From the IMG/VR virus record IMGVR_UViG_3300002461_000717, positions 1 to 37,704 of that record: a stretch of 37,704 nt of DNA. The stretch is one strand, 5' to 3'. Shown here in pieces: positions 8,570 to 15,454 of the stretch. The DNA is from a virus. A program made the translations under genes and the position numbers. The notes under the pieces are model-generated. The model saw only the letters and a list, made by a program, of their open reading frames with translations, ran no database searches and was not told the DNA's origin. Position 1 is the first letter of the stretch, and each line of letters starts with the position of its first letter.

Positions 8570-8868
8570 AAGAGAGAACAGTCATAGCTAAAGGAAAATC
8601 GCTTCCCAGAGGAGAGGCTTCCAAACTACGTAAAAAACCAGGCATGGGTAGCGTAGGTAAGTACAAAAATGTCTCTCCTAAAAACTTTGCGGGGCCTGAT
8701 GGCACATTTCCTATCAATGATTTGCCTCATGCTAGGAATGCCCTTGCTAGAGCTCATTATGCGGCCAATCCTGGAGCTATTAGAGCAAAGGTGTATGCCA
8801 AGTATCCAAAATTGAAAGAGCATCATGAAGAGCGGGAAAAAGGCAAAAAATCTAAGAAAGAAAAATAG
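8566..8868 (+). CDS. Basic small protein with FPI...HARNALARAHYA motif
   Basis: ORF track. The motif resembles a widespread small phage/bacterial protein family; function unknown. Confidence 0.6.
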   Translation: MKERTVIAKGKSLPRGEASKLRKKPGMGSVGKYKNVSPKNFAGPDGTFPINDLPHARNALARAHYAANPGAIRAKVYAKYPKLKEHHEEREKGKKSKKEK

Positions 8869-8876
8869 AGATATTT

Positions 8877-9047
8877 ATGACAAAAATCACTTTCTCCTTT
8901 GTGAATGGCAAATCTAAAACTTTTCATCTCTCAGAAGTAGATATCCAAAAGATTATGATGGCTATTGACAGTGTCCAGACTAATTGGTTTGTGGTTCAGA
9001 ATTTCAAATTTAGACCTGAATCCTTGGTTTCTATAGAGACGGAATAA
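8877..9047 (+). CDS. Possible 56-aa protein
   Basis: Hand translation MTKITFSFVNGKSKTFHLSEVDIQKIMMAIDSVQTNWFVVQNFKFRPESLVSIETE. Fills the gap between neighbouring genes exactly. Confidence 0.45.
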   Translation: MTKITFSFVNGKSKTFHLSEVDIQKIMMAIDSVQTNWFVVQNFKFRPESLVSIETE

Positions 9048-9050
9048 AAC

Positions 9051-9509
9051 ATGTTGAGTTTTGAGAAAGGCCAGAAATTCACTGGTAAAGCAGCGTATGA
9101 TCTTCTGCATAAAGGTATTGAAGCCAATGAAATGCAAGAGGTTCAAGAGACAATTGATGCAATGACTCCCGCTTATATAGCTGAGCTGGAAGATTGCGCA
9201 CAAAAAAATAGCCGTAAGTATGACGGCAAATATTACATTGTTTGTCTCAGAAAAAAAGAGACGTTCTTTGTAAATGTCATAAGACAATGGTTCATAGCCC
9301 GTCAGACTAAGCCTATGCCAGATGTACTATTCAGAGATTATCCCAATTTTGATCATGATATTTGGGAAGTGTCACCTGGGGGAGACACCAAATTACTTTG
9401 GTCTCTCCCCCCTGGACAAGAACAACAAACTATTATGAAAAATCCCAGTCTTTACCATTCTGATCTAGTCAAATGGATCAGGGATTTTCAGAATGGATGC
9501 CTTATTTAG
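9051..9509 (+). CDS. Hypothetical protein (152 aa)
   Basis: ORF track. Its 3' end overlaps the convergent U-box gene by 8 nt. Confidence 0.6.
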   Translation: MLSFEKGQKFTGKAAYDLLHKGIEANEMQEVQETIDAMTPAYIAELEDCAQKNSRKYDGKYYIVCLRKKETFFVNVIRQWFIARQTKPMPDVLFRDYPNFDHDIWEVSPGGDTKLLWSLPPGQEQQTIMKNPSLYHSDLVKWIRDFQNGCLI

Positions 9510-10374
9510 CCACTAATGGATCAACTGATAAAACAGGATCTTCAATCTCTTCAGAAAAGATCTCTGTAACTTCTCTCATCTTACGTGAATATGCTTGAGG
9601 TGTAAGATCCCCGTTATTCAATTGGATAGTCAGATCTGTGCTTACCTGCTTCAAAATTTCAGCAGCCTGAAAGTCCAACCCTTTATAGATTGATTCAAAA
9701 CCTCTGACAATTGCTGGCGTGAATTCAGGGTTTTTCATCTCATTTTTAAGAACATTTGCGTAAGTTTTCTTGACCTTACCTACATATGTTATATCAGTAG
9801 TAAGTTGAGTCTTATTGAATACTCTACGGCAGTCAGGACATTTAGGCCCTCCTTCCGTACGTGCGTTTCTATCATAATATTCTTCAATATACACGCGCTC
9901 AAAAGTATGTCCACACATTGTTTGAACTGGATCTTTGATAATGTCCTTGCTTATAGAACATGTAAGACCTTGAAAAGCAGGAAGATTGTCACGTACTTGA
10001 ACAAATTTATCTATTACAGTTTTACCTTCAATAGAACTTTTCCAGTCTTCATAATCTCTATGAAGAACTACTCCACCAATAATGGCAGTAGTGACTAAAC
10101 CCGCCCCTAAGCCCACTGCTCCTCCAATAAGCATACCTTTAGGGCCAGCAGGCGCACCCAAAAGTGCTCCTCCAATAGTAAGACCGGCAGTGAGTTTGCC
10201 CCCGTCTTTTAATAGCCTTAAGGTTACTTCTTGTGTCTTATCTGCTCTAAAAAACTCAGCTGTGCGGTCTCTTTTTGCTGCAAATGTATCTGTGCGTGTA
10301 TACGCTACAAGTTCTTTGAATTCATCTTGCGGGATAGCATATGTACCCACTGAACTTCGTGCTGCTGATGTCAT
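9502..10374 (-). CDS. U-box/RING-like E3 ubiquitin ligase domain protein with bilobed hydrophobic anchor (track ORF extends to 10395)
   Basis: U-box-like segment LTCSISKDIIKDPVQTMCGHTFERVYIEEYY...KCPDCRRVF. Hydrophobic segment LTAGLTIGGALLGAPAGPKGMLIGGAVGLGAGLVTTAIIGGVVL. The ATG at 10374 has GGAG 7 nt upstream and an ATGA overlap with the upstream ORF. Confidence 0.8.
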   Translation of the reverse strand: MTSAARSSVGTYAIPQDEFKELVAYTRTDTFAAKRDRTAEFFRADKTQEVTLRLLKDGGKLTAGLTIGGALLGAPAGPKGMLIGGAVGLGAGLVTTAIIGGVVLHRDYEDWKSSIEGKTVIDKFVQVRDNLPAFQGLTCSISKDIIKDPVQTMCGHTFERVYIEEYYDRNARTEGGPKCPDCRRVFNKTQLTTDITYVGKVKKTYANVLKNEMKNPEFTPAIVRGFESIYKGLDFQAAEILKQVSTDLTIQLNNGDLTPQAYSRKMREVTEIFSEEIEDPVLSVDPLVAK

Positions 10375-10775
10375 ACTAATACTCCATTGTACCATTTATA
10401 AAATGTAATTGACAATCCTACTGCGGCACAAAATAATACTAATAAGCAACATGATAATGCTACCAATTTTTCTCTATCAATTGTGCAATCTAAACAGCTA
10501 ATTGTTACAAACCTAGATCTAAAAAACTCTGACGTCTTGTCTCTCTCTTTAACTTCACCCCGTTTTACTTTTTCTCTATGATCCTGAATGAAAATATGCA
10601 TTTGTACAAACTGATCAATGCTATCATAGGTTAGAGGAGGACAATTGACGCTGTTATCAGGATTAAGTGTGCAGAATTCGCGGTGCGCAGGGGTATAGAT
10701 GCTATTCTGAGTAGCATCATATCTAAACCCATTTGGGAGATTGTCAATTGTGTATGGAGTTCTAACAGCAGCCAT
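10371..10775 (-). CDS. C-terminally membrane-anchored protein sharing an RD[KR]T[SA]EFFR motif with the U-box protein (track start 10781 is TTG)
   Basis: ERDKTSEFFRS followed about 20 aa later by the TM segment LVALSCCLLVLFCAAVGLSITF. Translationally coupled to the U-box gene. Confidence 0.6.
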   Translation of the reverse strand: MAAVRTPYTIDNLPNGFRYDATQNSIYTPAHREFCTLNPDNSVNCPPLTYDSIDQFVQMHIFIQDHREKVKRGEVKERDKTSEFFRSRFVTISCLDCTIDREKLVALSCCLLVLFCAAVGLSITFYKWYNGVLV

Positions 10776-10800
10776 TACCAAGCATTCTTCACAAAGCCTT

Positions 10801-10828
10801 AATTTACGTCAAACGTCTTAATCTGCAA
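10801..10828 (-). promoter_or_regulatory. Promoter candidate for the U-box operon
   Basis: On the minus strand: TTGCAG (10828-10823), 16 nt spacer, TAAATT (10806-10801). Lies between the terminator at 10862-10897 and the ORF start. Confidence 0.35.
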
Positions 10829-10861
10829 GTTTTTTAGAAGTGTAACTCATAGCACCTAGAC

Positions 10862-10897
10862 AAAAAAAGCGGTGATTTGACCAGGCTGGCTCACCGC
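10862..10897 (-). terminator. Rho-independent terminator (minus strand)
   Basis: The minus strand reads GCGGTGA-15 nt loop-TCACCGC followed by TTTTTTT. Confidence 0.6.
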
Positions 10898-11407
10898 AAA
10901 GCCTTTTCAGAGTGATGCGCGTTTTAAACGCTCACCATACTTTTTCTACACGTGGTAGATAAGCTAAACGTAAGGCGCAAGAGTATAAATCACTGCCAAT
11001 GGAGTGTGCACGTCTGCATATCTCTTACGCCTCCGCATCTGTTTCCACAAAGTGGATCAGTCTCAAAAGCAAAGCCTTCCACCTCCAGATAAACTGGATT
11101 GAATATATAATACATTTTTGTAAAAAAAAGAGAGAGAGGATTCTCTCCCTTAACCATCTCTAATAAGGAGATATGAAAAGACATCTTGAACAGTTCTTAA
11201 TGAGACTAATGAGCCGCCATTGGCACATAGACAAAAGCGCTTAATGGGCTGCTGATACTCACCGCATTTAAAATAGGTCATGTGTGCCTATTCACCCAAC
11301 AGTTCCCCAAAGTTTCTACTTTAACCTCTGACGCATAACGTCAGCATTCAATTCCCCAGGGTAACTGCGCCGGCCAGGAAGTCCCAGCCCATTTTTTTTC
11401 AGCATGC
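10862..11407 (-). ncRNA. Candidate ~545-nt structured non-coding transcript (family unknown)
   Basis: No Shine-Dalgarno-preceded ORF on the minus strand. Bounded by a promoter-like element and the terminator. Multiple hairpins (11328-11344, 11272-11292, 10911-10936) and a 9-bp long-range complement (11243-11251 with 11385-11393). Confidence 0.3.
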
Positions 11408-11413
11408 ATCCAG

Positions 11414-11442
11414 ATTTTACCTCATAGAATCAATACTGGAAA
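11414..11442 (-). promoter_or_regulatory. Promoter candidate for the ORF-free transcript
   Basis: On the minus strand: TTTCCA (11442-11437), 17 nt spacer, TAAAAT (11419-11414). Overlaps the stop of ORF 11430..11675. Confidence 0.3.
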
Positions 11443-11675
11443 TGTATTTTAACCCATTTCTCTATGAAGTCAGTCAAATCTTTATAGGTTTCCAAATTTA
11501 ACTTTTGAGTATCTAAGTAGAAGTCCCTAAGCATTATTTTACATCTTCTAGTGCACCATTCATCATGCGTTTCTTCCTTTTCAGGTTTGACAAATCTTTC
11601 TGTCACATCATCCATTTTAATGTTCCAACTAACAGTTTTCATACGTTCCTCAGGTTTAGCATTTCTCTTAATCAT
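11430..11675 (-). CDS. Hypothetical protein (81 aa)
   Basis: ORF track. First gene of the reverse-strand island, divergent from the scaffold gene. Confidence 0.55.
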   Translation of the reverse strand: MIKRNAKPEERMKTVSWNIKMDDVTERFVKPEKEETHDEWCTRRCKIMLRDFYLDTQKLNLETYKDLTDFIEKWVKIHFQY

Positions 11676-11694
11676 GATCTATTCAAATATCTTT

Positions 11695-11723
11695 TTGACT
11701 TAAAGGAAAGTCTTTTGTATCTT
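11695..11723 (+). promoter_or_regulatory. Promoter candidate for the scaffold/capsid operon
   Basis: TTGACT (11695-11700), 17 nt spacer, TATCTT (11718-11723). Confidence 0.4.
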
Positions 11724-11816
11724 TAAAAATTAAACTTGACAACGTTAGCATGCGTTAATTGCGTCAAATCTGAGACTTAAGGCGTAAAAGAAGCTCGCCA
11801 CTTCAAAAGGAAAAGA

Positions 11817-12512
11817 ATGAACGCAGAAGAAACAGAGAGCGTAGAGGAGCAATCCTCAATGGCTGACGCTCAAGCCACTGAAGCGGGACAGCAGGAACCT
11901 CAGGTTGATGCTGCACAGCATAGAAAAAGAAACAATCTTGAGTACAACTGGGCAGAAGCAAGAAGAGGGCTTGCTGAGAGAGACAAGGAAATTCAGGATC
12001 TTAAAACGCAGTTACAATCCGTTTTGCAACCTCAAACACAAGAACCGCAGCTTAGTGATGATGACCTCTTAACTGCTAGAGATGGCAGAAAAGTAGTCAG
12101 ACAAGAAGCTTCAGAGATTGTGAAAGAAGCACTTAAACAATATGAGGCTTCAACGTTAGAAGAGCGTTTGCTTCAAAAGTACCCTGATTTCAATGACGTA
12201 GTCTCTCCTGACAATATAAATGTATTAAAGGAAACAGAGCCAGAACTCGCAATGTCTATAGCGTATCTGAAGGATGATCCAAAGGCTCAAAGCATTGCAG
12301 CTTATAAGTTACTGAAAAGGTTAGGGATTGGTACGAACAATTCCACACCAGAAAGAGACAAAGCACTTAAAAATGCTCAAAAACCTCTCTCTGTTAATGC
12401 AGTAACAAAATCATCTGCAATTGGTAATGCACACCTCTTTGAGAATGGACTGACTACAGAGTTGAAATCCCAGCTCTGGAAAGAAATGCAGGATTGCATG
12501 AAACGCGCATAA
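11817..12512 (+). CDS. Putative scaffolding protein
   Basis: Acidic, Q/E-rich and probably helical, 231 aa, immediately upstream of the major capsid gene. Positional inference. Confidence 0.55.
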   Translation: MNAEETESVEEQSSMADAQATEAGQQEPQVDAAQHRKRNNLEYNWAEARRGLAERDKEIQDLKTQLQSVLQPQTQEPQLSDDDLLTARDGRKVVRQEASEIVKEALKQYEASTLEERLLQKYPDFNDVVSPDNINVLKETEPELAMSIAYLKDDPKAQSIAAYKLLKRLGIGTNNSTPERDKALKNAQKPLSVNAVTKSSAIGNAHLFENGLTTELKSQLWKEMQDCMKRA

Positions 12513-12550
12513 ACACAAGTGAGTTTTGGCCACCAAATTAGGTGTTGCCA

Positions 12551-13498
12551 ATGTCAATCACTACAACAAGTGTATTGCCAGCCCCAGTGCAACAAAGCTT
12601 TAGCTTCAAGTTGCTCTCTGTGCCTGTGCCATACATGATTCATAAGATCCCTGCGGATCTTAAAGCAATGCCAAGAAATGGTGGTACTACGCTCCGTATG
12701 CGTAGATACAACCCCTTGGCTACAGCCCCTGTTCCCCTTGGGAATAGCGGAATAACTCCTCCACCTCAAACGCTTACTGCTGTCAACATTGACGCGCAGA
12801 TGGACTTCTATGGAACGTATATCCTACTCAATGAGCAGGTTACTCTCCAGAACCAAGATCCTGTGCTTAATGAAGCATCACAAAGATTAGGTGTTAGCCT
12901 CCGTCAAACTGAAGATCAGTTGATGAGAGATATGTTGACCTCCACAAGTGCTTTTATTAACTGCACTAATGGTACCAACGGAGACCTTCCAACTGAAATC
13001 ACACGTCCTGACGTAGATACTGTTGTGAGAACACTACGTGGTAATAATGCGTATAGCTTCTTAACAGGTATTGAAGGAGAAAACCGTTTTGGTACAGCTC
13101 CTGTACGTGATGCTTACTTTGGCTTGGGTCACACTGATCTTATTGGTCAACTAGATAACATCAACGGATTCATCCAGAAATGGAACTATCCAAATCAGCA
13201 ATCTACTCTTGATGCTGAGTGGGGTACTGCGTCTAACGTCAGATTCCTACTCTCTTCTATTGGTAGCATTACACCTAATGCATCTCTACTTGGTGCTAAT
13301 GTGTACAACATCTTTGTCACTGGCCGTGAAGCATTTGCAGCGATTGAACAAGATGGTTACAGCGCTCAATTTATTTATAGACCCCCTATTTATGATGGGC
13401 CATTGGCTCTGAACGCTAGTGTGGGCTACAAGTTTGCTGAAGTGCCTAGAATTACAAATGATACGTGGGTCTTCAACCTACGTTGTACATTGGCATAA
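12551..13498 (+). CDS. Major capsid protein (HK97 fold, resembling the N4-gp56 family; track start 12542 is GTG)
   Basis: Segments MPRNGGTTLRMRRYNPL, LGNSGITPPPQTL, DFYGTYILLNEQV and RQTEDQLMRDML match the usual capsid pattern by eye. AGGTG lies before the ATG at 12551. Confidence 0.85.
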   Translation: MSITTTSVLPAPVQQSFSFKLLSVPVPYMIHKIPADLKAMPRNGGTTLRMRRYNPLATAPVPLGNSGITPPPQTLTAVNIDAQMDFYGTYILLNEQVTLQNQDPVLNEASQRLGVSLRQTEDQLMRDMLTSTSAFINCTNGTNGDLPTEITRPDVDTVVRTLRGNNAYSFLTGIEGENRFGTAPVRDAYFGLGHTDLIGQLDNINGFIQKWNYPNQQSTLDAEWGTASNVRFLLSSIGSITPNASLLGANVYNIFVTGREAFAAIEQDGYSAQFIYRPPIYDGPLALNASVGYKFAEVPRITNDTWVFNLRCTLA

Positions 13499-13507
13499 GG
13501 AGGCTAT

Positions 13508-14554
13508 ATGAGTTCACCAATCAACGCAACTCTGACAGGCCAATTTGTAGGTTCTGCCACAGCCCAATTTATCATAATCCCTTCTGGGTATCAGTACTTT
13601 AAGATGTTCAACATCACTGATATGGGAACAGCCGCAACTACTTCTGTGATGACAGCAGAAGGAACAAGCTACATGCCAGCTAATTCAGCCTACTACTCTG
13701 TAGGATCTGGTGCTAGTAGCATTGCAACACCTATGTTCACTGCAACAGGTGGTTTAACATTTATTTTGGATAGTGCTGGTCAGCCTATTAGCGCTCAGTT
13801 AACAGGTCAATCTCTATCTTCAGCAGCTCCAGGTGTAGTTGGTTCTACCAATACTGGCGCGCTGCAAAATGGAGACATTGTACGTCTTTACAATGTCACA
13901 AATGATCAACAACTTTCTGGAATGGATTTCACTGTAGGTTCTGTAACAGCTAACACTAGCTTTACTCTAGCTTATCTTGCAACCAACCAGACCAACTTAG
14001 GTGTAGCAACTACTCTAAACTATAGAATACTTCCGTTTGATGCGCGCTACTATCCACGTAGACGCTTCATCACACGTGTAGCTTCTGTAGCAGGTGGAAG
14101 CAGCTTGCTTACTCTTTCTGTAACTCATGGTTACACAGTGGGTCAAGCAATCCGTATCTATGTTCCAGATAATTTTGGAACAGGCGCTAATCCTTTTGTG
14201 ACAGGCCCTATTGGTTCTGGAATCAACACAATTGGTAAGGGTATCACAGCTACAATCACAGCTATTGGGACTGCTGATACAAACAGCTTCACAAACACAA
14301 TCACAGTGAACGTTGATAGCTCAGCGTTTACATGGTTATGGCCAACCTCAGCTTCTTTTGCTGCTGGTTCTCAAGTGCCGTTTGTTGAGCCTGTAGGTAT
14401 GGCTGCAACTAACACCCTAGCTCTGCCAGTTGGAAACTTGTTGGATGATGCAACACGTAATACATCATTCAATGGAGTGAAAATTGGAACAACTATTCAG
14501 ACAACAGGCAAGACATATCAATGGATTGCTCAGTCAGGAGTAGCATTAAGCTAA
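13508..14554 (+). CDS. Virion structural protein (possible decoration or head-fibre protein)
   Basis: AAGGAGG Shine-Dalgarno. Follows the capsid gene and is followed by a strong terminator. Ser/Thr/Gly-rich with two small beta-barrel-like repeats (GDIVRLYNVT..., GQAIRIYVPD...). Confidence 0.6.
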   Translation: MSSPINATLTGQFVGSATAQFIIIPSGYQYFKMFNITDMGTAATTSVMTAEGTSYMPANSAYYSVGSGASSIATPMFTATGGLTFILDSAGQPISAQLTGQSLSSAAPGVVGSTNTGALQNGDIVRLYNVTNDQQLSGMDFTVGSVTANTSFTLAYLATNQTNLGVATTLNYRILPFDARYYPRRRFITRVASVAGGSSLLTLSVTHGYTVGQAIRIYVPDNFGTGANPFVTGPIGSGINTIGKGITATITAIGTADTNSFTNTITVNVDSSAFTWLWPTSASFAAGSQVPFVEPVGMAATNTLALPVGNLLDDATRNTSFNGVKIGTTIQTTGKTYQWIAQSGVALS

Positions 14555-14562
14555 TTTTAAGT

Positions 14563-14592
14563 GGGATGGGCTAAATACCCATCCCTTTTTTT
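14563..14592 (+). terminator. Rho-independent terminator
   Basis: GGGATGGG-ctaaata-CCCATCCC followed by TTTTTTT. Confidence 0.85.
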
Positions 14593-14600
14593 GGAGGAAT

Positions 14601-15092
14601 ATGACAAGTAATAATTTAGAAATACCAAACCCAAAGAGGGTCAAAGGTGGCGCAAGTCCCGCAGCTAAAGAAAAGCTTCAGGAATTGATGAAAGAAGAAA
14701 GCCGCCTTGTAAAAGGAATGTTCCAGTGCTTTGAAACGCCTGGTTCCACTGTGAAAATATCAGTCCATAAATATCCAACCCCAGACAAAGGCGGCATTCA
14801 GCCCTTTGAGAAAACTATGACAGATGGAGAGTTCTATGAAGTGCCTCTCTACGTTGCAAGATTTCTTAATGGAATTGATGTAACCGCTAGTGCTTTAGGT
14901 GATCCCAATACACGTAACGTTCAGATTGGTACCTGCTCATATCCAATTCATGGTTTCAGATGGAATGGAAACAATGCACCTACTTCTAGCACTGATGCTC
15001 TGGGAGTGCCAATTCCGTTAATTGGCGTCTCTAAGAGAGTAAGACGCTATGGATTTCAATCAATGGAGTTTGCGGGCGAATGGGCAGCATAG
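14601..15092 (+). CDS. Virion-module protein (163 aa)
   Basis: GGAGG Shine-Dalgarno. Position in the structural operon. Confidence 0.6.
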   Translation: MTSNNLEIPNPKRVKGGASPAAKEKLQELMKEESRLVKGMFQCFETPGSTVKISVHKYPTPDKGGIQPFEKTMTDGEFYEVPLYVARFLNGIDVTASALGDPNTRNVQIGTCSYPIHGFRWNGNNAPTSSTDALGVPIPLIGVSKRVRRYGFQSMEFAGEWAA

Positions 15093-15454
15093 TAGCTCCT
15101 ACAATTCCGTTAATTCCTTTTACCCCGCAGGCGCGTGTGATTGCAAATATCACTAATGCTAACCCTGCGGTGGTAACTACTTCAGATCCTCACGGGTATT
15201 TATCTCTTCTACTCATCAGGTTTTTTTTGCCTGCTCCTACATATTTTGGGATGCAAGCTCTCAATAGCCAGGTTTACCAGATAACAGTTCTTTCCCCCAC
15301 TACCTTTTCAGTTCCAGTAGATACAAGCAAATTGGATGCCTTCACAACCGCAGGAACAGAACAAGTACCTCAAACTACTCCCACAGCAGAGAACGCTTTC
15401 ATCTTGTATCAGGCTGAAAGAAACGCATTGCCACCAATTGGAGGAGGAATATGA
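15080..15454 (+). CDS. Small structural protein with ANITNANPAVVTT...GMQALN...YQITV beta-barrel motif
   Basis: ORF track. The motif recurs in 13508..14554 and 17131..19665. Confidence 0.6.
   Translation: MGSIVAPTIPLIPFTPQARVIANITNANPAVVTTSDPHGYLSLLLIRFFLPAPTYFGMQALNSQVYQITVLSPTTFSVPVDTSKLDAFTTAGTEQVPQTTPTAENAFILYQAERNALPPIGGGI

Noticed and set aside
9805-10408. Plus-strand ORFs 9805-10098 and 10082-10408 (Pro/Ala-rich)
   Set aside because: They mirror the Gly/Ala-rich hydrophobic segment and U-box gene on the minus strand. The minus-strand reading has recognisable domains and coupling signals.
10990-11184. 64-aa minus-strand ORF inside the ORF-poor region
   Set aside because: There is no Shine-Dalgarno upstream of its ATG, its composition is unremarkable, and it spans predicted hairpins. 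I treat the region as non-coding or a candidate RNA, though a degraded gene cannot be excluded without tBLASTx.
11341-11380. tRNA-like T-loop string TTCAATTCC, considered as a tRNA fragment or attP core
   Set aside because: The flanking bases do not form a T-stem or acceptor stem on either strand, and no integrase is present to use an attP.
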